The notes under the pieces are model-generated. The model ran no database searches. It had not been told where the DNA came from and was given only the letters and a program-made list of their open reading frames with translations. This document shows positions 17,175-25,505 of a stretch of DNA of 64,000 nucleotides, in pieces; within the stretch, counting starts at the first letter, position 1; every line of letters begins with the position of its first letter. This DNA comes from Candidatus Aldehydirespirator sp. Lineage in GTDB: Bacteria > Actinomycetota > Acidimicrobiia > Acidimicrobiales > Aldehydirespiratoraceae. Location: positions 2,677,537-2,741,536 of the forward strand of contig OZ242033.1 of assembly GCA_965205155.1 (NCBI GenBank), given 5' to 3'. The position numbers and the translations under genes are program-made.

Positions 17175-17966
17175 GTGAGTGGGTCCGAGCATCGTTTGGG
17201 GCAGGTCGCATCGGTCGCGGCTGTGACCGACATCGGGCCACGGCGGGTGAACGAGGATCGGGCGGTGGCGGTGGTCTCGGAGTCCGACGGGAGCTGGATG
17301 ATCGCAGTGGCCGACGGGCTGGGCGGTCATACCCGCGGCGACGAGGCCGCCCAGGCCGCGGTGGAGGGGCTGCCCCATCGGATCGCCGGCGCCGACGAGA
17401 TGGCCGTGGCCTTCGGGGAGGCCAACGAGCGGGTCCTAGCCCTGACCGGGCCGGAGACGTGGCAGAAGAACCTGCCCCTGTTCATGTTCCCGATGAGCAC
17501 GCTGTGTGTGGCCGCCTGGACCCGTGAAGGCGGCCTGCTCATCGGCTGGATGGGCGACACCCTGCCCTTCCTGGCCACGGCCGGACCCGACGGGCACAGT
17601 GGTTTCCACGGCTTTCTCTGCGGCCGCCCTCACAGGATCCCAGGCGGCAGCATCGAGATCTGCCTGGGGATGCCGCCCGTCGGCAACTCGCTGGACACTG
17701 GCTCGGTCGAGGTCGAGATAATCGGGGAGTCCGGTGACGGAGTCCAGCCCGACGCGGTGATACTCGCCAGCGACGGCGCCTGGGAGCCGTATGTCTACCA
17801 GCACGGCGTCGAGTGGCTGTCGGACGAATCCCCCGGCAAGGGCATCGGCGCAGCCTGCGGAGCCCGCGCCGAGACGGCCGAGGACGTCGCAAGCAGCATC
17901 CTGGACGGCGCCCGGAGTCTCGGTCTCAACGACAACGCCACCATCGCGGTCGCGCTCTGGCGCTGA
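17175..17966 (+). CDS. PP2C-family Ser/Thr phosphatase-like protein
   Basis: TDIGPRRVNED, AVADGLGGH, STL, WMGD, LASDG, DNATI; CATGAT 6 nt before GTG. Confidence 0.8.
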   Translation: MSGSEHRLGQVASVAAVTDIGPRRVNEDRAVAVVSESDGSWMIAVADGLGGHTRGDEAAQAAVEGLPHRIAGADEMAVAFGEANERVLALTGPETWQKNLPLFMFPMSTLCVAAWTREGGLLIGWMGDTLPFLATAGPDGHSGFHGFLCGRPHRIPGGSIEICLGMPPVGNSLDTGSVEVEIIGESGDGVQPDAVILASDGAWEPYVYQHGVEWLSDESPGKGIGAACGARAETAEDVASSILDGARSLGLNDNATIAVALWR

Positions 17967-18025
17967 CCCGCCGTACGGCTGAATCCACAGCCAGAGGCCG
18001 AGCGGCTAGCTATTCCACAGCCATT

Positions 18026-18041
18026 GCGAACGAGTGTTCGC
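18026..18041. promoter_or_regulatory. LexA (SOS) box upstream of uvrA
   Basis: GCGAAC-GAGT-GTTCGC matches the Gram-positive/actinobacterial CGAAC-N4-GTTCG; -10 TAGAGT at 18063-18068. Confidence 0.9.
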
Positions 18042-18074
18042 TACGTGGATCGGGCCAGCGGGTAGAGTCTGAGC

Positions 18075-21017
18075 GTGGCTGAGCGGCTGGTGATCTCGGG
18101 GGCGCGGGAGCACAACCTCAAAGACGTTCATCTCGACCTGCCCCGCGACCGGCTCATCGTCATTACCGGGCTCTCGGGCTCCGGCAAGAGCTCGCTCGCC
18201 TTCGACACGATCTACGCGGAAGGCCAGCGCCGCTACGTGGAATCGCTGTCGGCCTACGCCCGGCAGTTCTTGGGCCAGATGGACAAGCCGGACGTGGACT
18301 TCATCGAAGGCCTGTCCCCGGCCATCTCGATAGACCAGAAGAGCGCGTCGCGCAACCCCCGCTCCACCGTGGGCACCATCACCGAGGTCTACGACTACCT
18401 GCGGTTGCTCTTCGCTCGTATCGGCGTCCCCCACGATCCCGAGACCGGAGAGCGGCTGATCCGCCAGACCCCGCAGCAGATCGTGGACCGCATCCTGGAG
18501 ATGGAGCCGGGCACCCGGTTCCAGGTGCTGGCGCCGGTGGTTCGGGGCCGCAAGGGCACCTACGACACGCTGCTGGCCGACCTCGCCGGGCAGGGATTCG
18601 CCCGGGCCATAGTCGACGGCGAGCTGGTGGAACTGGCCGACATGGCCGGCGCCACCGGCCTCTCCGGCGGTGCCGACGGCCTGGAGCTGGCCCGCTACGA
18701 GATGCACGACATCGCGGTGGTCGTCGATCGCCTCGTGCTGCGCGAGGGGGTCGAGCGCCGGCTGACCGACTCGGTCGAGACCGCCCTGCGCCTGGCCGGC
18801 GGCATCGCCGAGATCGAGATCGTCTCGCGCCCGCGCCCGGGCGATGATGCCAGCGGTGTCGACGCCGCGGACAGCGCTGAGGCAGCAAACGGAGCGGCCG
18901 GCAGGAATGAACGGCCCCGCCGGATCGTGTTCAGCCAGCACCTGGCCCGTCCCTCCGACGGCAAGTCCTTCGAGGAGCTGGCCCCCCGCAACTTCTCGTT
19001 CAACTCGCCGTACGGAGCCTGCTCCCATTGCGACGGCCTCGGCACCGTCTTCGAGGTGGACCCCCAGCTCGTGGTTCCCGACCCCGACGCCACCCTGGCC
19101 AGCGGGGCGATAACGCCCTGGTCCGAGAGCCGGTCGCGCTACTACCCCCGCCTGCTGCAGGCGGTATGCGAAGAATACGCGATCCCCCGGGACGTGCCCT
19201 GGCGCGAGCTCACCCCTCGCCAACACGACATGCTGCTCTACGCCAGGGGCGTCAAGGGCCGGGTGCAGGTCCGCTACCAGAACCGCTTCGGTCGGCGCCG
19301 GGTGTACCAAGCCCGCTTCGAGGGCATCGTGCCGCACCTGATGCGCCGCCACGACGAGACCGACAGCGACGCGTCCCGGGAGAACATCGAGGGCTACATG
19401 CGCAAGGTGCCGTGCCCGGACTGCGACGGCGCCCGGCTCAACCCGCTGGCGCTGGCCGTGACCGTCGACGGCCGCAACATCCACGAGTTGTGCGCCATGT
19501 CGATCGCGGAGGCGGCCAAGACTCTGGCCGAGATGCATCTCGACGACCGCGACACCATGATCGCGGAGCAGGTGCTCAAGGAGATCCGGTCCCGGCTCGG
19601 CTTCCTGCTCGACGTCGGCCTCGACTACCTGAACCTCTCGCGCAGCGCGGCCACCCTGGCCGGCGGCGAGGCCCAGCGAATCCGGCTGGCCAGCCAGGTC
19701 GGGTCGGGCCTGGTCGGCGTCCTCTACGTGCTCGACGAGCCGTCGATCGGGCTGCACCAGCGCGACAATCGCCGCCTCATCGAGACCCTGCTGCGCATGC
19801 GCGACCTCGGCAACACCGTCATGGTCGTGGAGCACGACGAGGAGACCATCCGGGTCGCCGACCATGTGGTGGACATCGGCCCGGGCGCGGGCGAGCACGG
19901 CGGGACCATCGTGCACTCCGGGCTGCTCGACGAACTGCTCGACCTGGAGGACTCGGTCACCGGCCAGTACTTGTCGGGCCGGCGCCGCATCGAGGTGCCG
20001 CAGATGCGCCGGCAGGGCGACGGCACCCGCCTGGTGGTGCGGGGGGCCCGGGAGAACAACCTGGCCGACATCGACGTGGCCTTCCCGTTGCAGCGCTTCG
20101 TGTGCGTGACCGGTGTGTCGGGCTCGGGTAAGTCGTCGCTGGTCAACGAGATCCTTCACCGAGCGTTGATGCAGCACATCTACCGGTCTAAGGCCCCGCC
20201 AGGGCGCCACACCCGCATCGACGGCGTCGGACATCTCGACAAGGTGATCTGCATCGACCAGTCGCCCATCGGCCGGACCCCCAGGTCGAACCCGGCCACC
20301 TACACCGGGGTGTTCGACCATGTCCGCAAGCTCTTCGCCAACACGCCCGAGTCCAGGATCCGGGGCTACATGCCGGGGCGGTTCTCGTTCAACGTGAAGG
20401 GCGGGCGCTGCGAGGCCTGCCGGGGCGACGGCACCATCCGGATCGAGATGCACTTCCTGCCCGACGTCTATGTGCCCTGCGAGGTGTGCAAGGGCAAGCG
20501 CTACAACCGCGACACCCTGGAGGTCACCTTCAAGGGCCGCAACATCGCCGAGGTGCTGGACATGCCCTGCGCCGACGCGCTGGAGTTCTTCGCCAACCAG
20601 CCGCCCATCGCCCGCCACATGGGCACGCTGGTCGACGTGGGGCTCGGCTACGTGCGGCTGGGCCAGCCCGCTCCCACCCTGTCGGGCGGCGAGGCCCAGC
20701 GGGTAAAGCTGTCCAGCGAGCTGGCCAAGCGCTCCACCGGCCACACCATGTACATCCTCGACGAGCCCACCACCGGGCTGCACTTCGAGGATGTGCGCAA
20801 GCTGCTGGGCGTGCTGGGCCGGCTGGTGGACCAGGGGAATACGGTCGTGGTGATCGAGCACAACCTGGATGTGGTCAAGACGGCCGACTGGATCATCGAC
20901 CTCGGGCCCGAGGGCGGCTCGGGCGGGGGCCGCATCGTGGCCGAGGGCACCCCCGAGCAGGTGGCCGAGGTGCCCGAGAGCCACACCGGCCGGTACCTGC
21001 GCTCAATGCTGTGCTGA
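18075..21017 (+). CDS. uvrA: Excinuclease ABC subunit A
   Basis: GAREHNLK, two Walker A motifs ([18 protein letters not shown]), [24 protein letters not shown]. Confidence 0.98.
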   Translation: MAERLVISGAREHNLKDVHLDLPRDRLIVITGLSGSGKSSLAFDTIYAEGQRRYVESLSAYARQFLGQMDKPDVDFIEGLSPAISIDQKSASRNPRSTVGTITEVYDYLRLLFARIGVPHDPETGERLIRQTPQQIVDRILEMEPGTRFQVLAPVVRGRKGTYDTLLADLAGQGFARAIVDGELVELADMAGATGLSGGADGLELARYEMHDIAVVVDRLVLREGVERRLTDSVETALRLAGGIAEIEIVSRPRPGDDASGVDAADSAEAANGAAGRNERPRRIVFSQHLARPSDGKSFEELAPRNFSFNSPYGACSHCDGLGTVFEVDPQLVVPDPDATLASGAITPWSESRSRYYPRLLQAVCEEYAIPRDVPWRELTPRQHDMLLYARGVKGRVQVRYQNRFGRRRVYQARFEGIVPHLMRRHDETDSDASRENIEGYMRKVPCPDCDGARLNPLALAVTVDGRNIHELCAMSIAEAAKTLAEMHLDDRDTMIAEQVLKEIRSRLGFLLDVGLDYLNLSRSAATLAGGEAQRIRLASQVGSGLVGVLYVLDEPSIGLHQRDNRRLIETLLRMRDLGNTVMVVEHDEETIRVADHVVDIGPGAGEHGGTIVHSGLLDELLDLEDSVTGQYLSGRRRIEVPQMRRQGDGTRLVVRGARENNLADIDVAFPLQRFVCVTGVSGSGKSSLVNEILHRALMQHIYRSKAPPGRHTRIDGVGHLDKVICIDQSPIGRTPRSNPATYTGVFDHVRKLFANTPESRIRGYMPGRFSFNVKGGRCEACRGDGTIRIEMHFLPDVYVPCEVCKGKRYNRDTLEVTFKGRNIAEVLDMPCADALEFFANQPPIARHMGTLVDVGLGYVRLGQPAPTLSGGEAQRVKLSSELAKRSTGHTMYILDEPTTGLHFEDVRKLLGVLGRLVDQGNTVVVIEHNLDVVKTADWIIDLGPEGGSGGGRIVAEGTPEQVAEVPESHTGRYLRSMLC

Positions 21018-21059
21018 AGCTGAGACGGCCCCCAACCACTCCCGCTCCCCAGCGACCCG

Positions 21060-21110
21060 GCTGTATATCGCGCTTTCTTGCTATATCGACAAGAAACCGC
21101 GATATACAGC
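21060..21110. repeat. AT-rich ~50-bp palindrome (REP/MITE-like) between uvrA and uvrC
   Basis: GCTGTATATCGCG-c-TTTCTTG / 9-nt loop / CAAGAAA-c-CGCGATATACAGC. Confidence 0.8.
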
Positions 21111-21126
21111 ACTGAAGGGGGGTGTG

Positions 21127-22983
21127 GTGGTGAAGCGGCCCGCGGCTGGGTCTGTTCCGGACGCGCCGGGGTCCTACCAGTTCCTCGACGGCGAGGGCCG
21201 GGTCATCTACGTCGGCAAGGCCAAGAGCCTGCGTTCGAGGCTGAACAACTACTTCGGCTCGCACCTGCCGCTGCGCACCCGCCAGATGGTGGACTCAGCC
21301 GCTTCGGTCGAGTGGATCCAGGTGGCCAACGAGGTCGAGGCGCTGATGCTCGAGTTCTCGCTGATCCAGCGCCACAGGCCCCGGTTCAACGTCCGCTACA
21401 CCGACGACAAGTCGTACCCGTTCCTGTGCGTGACCATGGTCGACGAGTGGCCCCGGGCCATGGTGATGCGGGGCCGGCGACGCAAGGGCAACCGCTACTT
21501 CGGTCCCTACGGCCACGCCTACGCCATCCGCGACACCCTCGACCTGCTGCTGCGCACGTTCCCCATCCGCACCTGCACCGACGGCAAGTTCCGCCGGTAC
21601 GCCAGCCTGGGCAAGCCCTGCCTGCTGTACCACATCGAGAAGTGCTCGGGACCGTGCGTGGGCGAGGTGTCGGCCGGCGACTACGCCGAGATGGTGGCCG
21701 AGCTGCTGCGCTTCCTGGAGGGCGAAAGCGACCCGGTACTGGACCGGCTCGAATCCGAGATGTCTGCCGCGGCCATCGACCTCGACTACGAGCGGGCCGC
21801 CCGGCTGCGGGATCGCCTGTCTGCGGTGCGCAAGGCGGTGGAGACCCAGCAGATGGTGGGGTCCCGCAACGAGGACTTCGACGTGATCGGCCTGGTGGAC
21901 GACGCCCTGGAGGCCGCGGTGCAGGTGTTCTTCGTGCGCCGGGGCCGGGTGATGGGACGCCGCGGCTTCATGATCGACAAGGCCGAGGACCTGGACCGGG
22001 GCGAGCTGGTCAGCCGGGCCCTGGAGCGCCTGTACTTCGACGACAACCCGCTGGGCTGGCCCAAGCTCGTGCTGGCCCCCGACACGCCGGCCCAGGCCGA
22101 CCTCTACACCGAATGGCTCAGCGAGATGCGGGGCTCGCGAGTCGAGATCCGGGTCCCGCAGCGGGGCTCGAAGCGGGCGCTTCAGGCCACCGTCACCCGC
22201 AACGCCGAGGAGTCCTTCGCCCGCCACCGGCTCAAGCGCAGCACCGACCACAACAGCCGGGCCCGGGCCCTCAACGAGCTCCAGCAGCACCTGGGACTGG
22301 CCGAGGCGCCCCTGAGGATCGAGTGCTACGACATGAGCCACCTGTCCGGGCAGGACTACGTGGGCTCGATGGTGGTGCTCGAGGACGGCCTTCCCAAGAA
22401 GGCCGACTACCGGAGGTTCAAGATCCGGTCGGTGCCGGGCAATGACGACTTCGCGGCCATGCACGAGGTGCTCACCCGGCGCCTGACCGGCTACCTGGAG
22501 CAGCGGGCCCGGCCGGTGGCCGAGCGCGACGGCCGGTTCTCGTACCCGCCCCAGCTGCTGCTGGTGGACGGCGGCAAGGGTCAGCTGGGGGTGGCTGTTC
22601 AGGTGCTCGAGGAATTGGGCCTGGAGGATGAGATCCCCGCGGCCGCGCTGGCCAAGCAGTTCGAGGAGGTGTTCGTGCCCGGCCGCTCCGGGCCGGTGCG
22701 GATCCCGCGCCAGTCCGAGGCGCTGTACATGCTCCAGCGCATCCGCGACGAGAGCCACCGCTTCGCGATCGCATATCACCGCAGCCTGCGGGGCAAGCGC
22801 ATGACGACCTCCGCCCTCGACGGCATCGCCGGCCTCGGTCCCGTCCGCAAGGCCCGCCTGACCAAGGAGCTGGGCGGCGTGAAAGCCGTCCGGCGGGCGC
22901 AACTCAATGAGCTGAAGGCTCTGCAATGGCTGCCCGACGCCGTGGCAGAGAACGTCCACGCCGCGTTGCGCGGCAGCACCTGA
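21127..22983 (+). CDS. uvrC: Excinuclease ABC subunit C
   Basis: GIY-YIG (PGSYQF..IYVGKAKSLR), Cys cluster, RIECYDMSH, VDGGKGQ, RDESHRFA, HhH; start is one of three tandem GTGs (21124-21130). Confidence 0.97.
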   Translation: MVKRPAAGSVPDAPGSYQFLDGEGRVIYVGKAKSLRSRLNNYFGSHLPLRTRQMVDSAASVEWIQVANEVEALMLEFSLIQRHRPRFNVRYTDDKSYPFLCVTMVDEWPRAMVMRGRRRKGNRYFGPYGHAYAIRDTLDLLLRTFPIRTCTDGKFRRYASLGKPCLLYHIEKCSGPCVGEVSAGDYAEMVAELLRFLEGESDPVLDRLESEMSAAAIDLDYERAARLRDRLSAVRKAVETQQMVGSRNEDFDVIGLVDDALEAAVQVFFVRRGRVMGRRGFMIDKAEDLDRGELVSRALERLYFDDNPLGWPKLVLAPDTPAQADLYTEWLSEMRGSRVEIRVPQRGSKRALQATVTRNAEESFARHRLKRSTDHNSRARALNELQQHLGLAEAPLRIECYDMSHLSGQDYVGSMVVLEDGLPKKADYRRFKIRSVPGNDDFAAMHEVLTRRLTGYLEQRARPVAERDGRFSYPPQLLLVDGGKGQLGVAVQVLEELGLEDEIPAAALAKQFEEVFVPGRSGPVRIPRQSEALYMLQRIRDESHRFAIAYHRSLRGKRMTTSALDGIAGLGPVRKARLTKELGGVKAVRRAQLNELKALQWLPDAVAENVHAALRGST

Positions 22984-22988
22984 TCATC

Positions 22989-24632
22989 ATGCGTGCACTC
23001 GGCGCCATCGCGCAGGTCTCGCTCCAGACCACGGTGCAGCTGATCCTGCTGCCGCTGGTGGTGGTGGAGCTCGGCCGCGGCTTAAACCCGTCGAGGGTCA
23101 TCGTGGCTTCGCTGGTGGTATGCGCCGCCGTCACCGCCGCCTCGCTGCTGCGGGCGGGACCGCTGCGCTCGGTGGGCCTCTACGTCGCCATGCCCGACCC
23201 GATGAGCATCCCCTTCTGCATCCTGGCCCTCGAGTTGGGCGGGATCGTGGCGCTGGCAGTGCTGGTAGCAGCCTCCGGCGTGTTCCAGATCGTCGCCGGG
23301 CTGCGACTGGCCCGCCTGCGATCGATCATCAACCCGGACTTCTCGATCACGTTGGTGCTGCTGGCGTGCATATCGCTGGTGCCGGTGTTCGCCCGCATCA
23401 TCGAGTCACCGGAGGGCGCTCGACCGGGCGCGGTGCCGGTGTCCATGGCCCTCACCGCCGCGGCCATCTACACGATTAGCCGGTTCGGGCCCTCGGCGCT
23501 GCAGCCGTGGGCTCCGCCGCTGGGGCTCGCGGCCGGCGCCGCCGCGGCTGCCGCCTACGGGATCTATGACACCGGCCCGGTCGCCGAGGCCGCCTGGATA
23601 GGCCTGCCCACGGCCGGGTGGATCCCCTCGGGCGGGTTTGACATCGCCGTGGTAGCGCTGCTGTTGCCGCCGTTCGCGATCCTGGCGCTGGTGCAGGTCA
23701 CCCGGGCCAACACGGCGTCGCTGCTGGCGCAATTCGTGTCCGGGCGGGCAGTGTTCGACTTCAGAGAGGTGCAGCGGGCCAACGCCCGCATCGGCACCGG
23801 CAGCATCCTCGCCAGCGTCTCCGGCACCATCCCGCTGGGCTATTCGCCGGCCGGTCCCATCGCCATGGCCCAGAGCGGCAGCGACCCCCGCCGTGTCGGC
23901 ACCGCGATCATCTCGATGCTTGTGGCGGCGGCGGTGTGCCCGAAGCTGCAGGCCGTGCTGATGGCCGTGCCGCGGAGCCTCGTGGTGGTGTACATCGTGT
24001 TCGTCATATTCCTGCTGCTCAGGAAGCTGATCCCGGTCAGCTCCATCGGACAGCACGGGATGCCCTCGTCGATGTGGGCGCCGATCGCCACCGCAGTCGT
24101 CTTCGAGGCCGCCGCCGCGCTGCTGTGGGACGGCACCGGCTTCCGGGCGGTCAACGGCCTCACCGCGGGAAGCATCGTGCTGGTCGCGCTTTCGGTGCTG
24201 CGGCTGCGGCGGGCCAGCCGGCACCGGATCGACGTGCCGCTGGCGTCCTTCAGCGCCGAGGAGATCGCAGAGTTCGTCTGGAGCCTGCCGCTTGAGCGCG
24301 AGGACGCCAAGCACCGGCTGGCCGCGGTCTCCGAGGAGGCGCTCATGGTGCTCATCCAGTCCGACGTCTACTCCTACGACGCCAACCGGCAGATGCGGCT
24401 GACGGTGACCCTGCAGGGAGCCAACGTCGAGGCAGAGTTCGTGGCCGCGCCGTCAGGCGCCCAGAACCTCCAGGAACGCATCATGCTGCTGTCCGAGCCC
24501 GAGGCGAGCGACTTGGAGGTGGTGGTCGAGCGTGACGCCGCGCTGCGGTTGCTGAACCACTACGCGACGTCGGTGACGCACCGCCAGTACCAGGATGTGG
24601 AGATCATTACCGCGGTGGTGGACTCGGGCTGA
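22989..24632 (+). CDS. NCS2 (xanthine/uracil permease)-like membrane protein with a soluble C-terminal domain
   Basis: About 12 hydrophobic segments; LARLRSIINP, AAWIGLP, FREVQRA, CPKLQAVLMAVPR resemble NCS2; ~135-aa soluble tail. Confidence 0.65.
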   Translation: MRALGAIAQVSLQTTVQLILLPLVVVELGRGLNPSRVIVASLVVCAAVTAASLLRAGPLRSVGLYVAMPDPMSIPFCILALELGGIVALAVLVAASGVFQIVAGLRLARLRSIINPDFSITLVLLACISLVPVFARIIESPEGARPGAVPVSMALTAAAIYTISRFGPSALQPWAPPLGLAAGAAAAAAYGIYDTGPVAEAAWIGLPTAGWIPSGGFDIAVVALLLPPFAILALVQVTRANTASLLAQFVSGRAVFDFREVQRANARIGTGSILASVSGTIPLGYSPAGPIAMAQSGSDPRRVGTAIISMLVAAAVCPKLQAVLMAVPRSLVVVYIVFVIFLLLRKLIPVSSIGQHGMPSSMWAPIATAVVFEAAAALLWDGTGFRAVNGLTAGSIVLVALSVLRLRRASRHRIDVPLASFSAEEIAEFVWSLPLEREDAKHRLAAVSEEALMVLIQSDVYSYDANRQMRLTVTLQGANVEAEFVAAPSGAQNLQERIMLLSEPEASDLEVVVERDAALRLLNHYATSVTHRQYQDVEIITAVVDSG

Positions 24633-24711
24633 GCCGGCCACCGTCGGCGGGCACGGCCACCCGTAAACTGCCCGTACTGCCGATTAGGGAGGTGGGCAGC
24701 TGCACGACTCC

Positions 24712-25503
24712 TTGAGGGGCAAGGTGGTCCTGGTCACCGGAGCCGGGCGGGGCATCGGGCGGGGCATCGCCGAGCGCTTCGCCGGCGCGGGCGCGTCGGT
24801 GGCCGTCAATGACATCGACGGCGAGGCTGCGGCCGCCACCGCCCAGAGCATCCGCGACGACGGAGGCACGGCCATGGCTACGCCGGCCGACGTGTCCGAC
24901 AGCGCGCAGGTGGGCGCCATGGTGGATTCGATCATGGCTGCGCACGGCCGTGTCGACGTGCTGGTCAACAACGCCGGAGTCGTGAGTCCGATGCTGCACT
25001 TCCTCGAGGCCGACGAGGCATGGTGGCGGCGCATCATCGACGTCAACCTGACCGGGCACTTCCTGGTGTCGCACCCGGTGGCCCGCATCATGGCCGAGCA
25101 GGGCGGCGGCAGCATCATCAACATGAGCTCGGGGGGCGCCACCCGGGCCCACCGGTCGTTCACCGCCTACGACGCCACCAAGGGCGGGATCGAGGCCCTC
25201 ACCCGGGCCATGGCGCTGGACCTCGGCCCCTACAACGTGCGGGTCAACGCGCTGGTGCCGGGATCGATCGACACGACCGGCATGCCGGCGGGGGAGCGGG
25301 CGCTGCGGGGCGAGAACGTTCCCCTGGGCCGGATCGGCGAACCCCTCGACATGACCGGCGCAGCGCTGTTCCTGGCCTCCGACGACGCCGCCTACATCAC
25401 CGGGGAGACGCTGCGCGTCGACGGCGGCATGCTGGCCCAGCAGCGCTCGGCCACCGTGGACATCGTCCCGCCCAGCACCTTCCCGGCCGTCGAGGACCTC
25501 TAG
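24712..25503 (+). CDS. SDR-family oxidoreductase
   Basis: TGAGRGIG, NNAG, YDATK, VNALVPG; the start may be CTG 24700. Confidence 0.9.
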   Translation: MRGKVVLVTGAGRGIGRGIAERFAGAGASVAVNDIDGEAAAATAQSIRDDGGTAMATPADVSDSAQVGAMVDSIMAAHGRVDVLVNNAGVVSPMLHFLEADEAWWRRIIDVNLTGHFLVSHPVARIMAEQGGGSIINMSSGGATRAHRSFTAYDATKGGIEALTRAMALDLGPYNVRVNALVPGSIDTTGMPAGERALRGENVPLGRIGEPLDMTGAALFLASDDAAYITGETLRVDGGMLAQQRSATVDIVPPSTFPAVEDL

Positions 25504-25505
25504 CG

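Noticed and set aside
7811-22959. Very long antisense ORFs (e.g. 7811-10693, 18006-20984, 21295-22959)
   Set aside because: Mirror frames of polA/uvr genes caused by high GC3 codon bias; no motifs.
25020-25505. N-terminal extension of the 1419-aa hydantoinase ORF (likewise uvrC from 20869 and GntR from 54730)
   Set aside because: The extensions overlap upstream genes in another frame; family homology starts at 25506, ~21127 and 55324.
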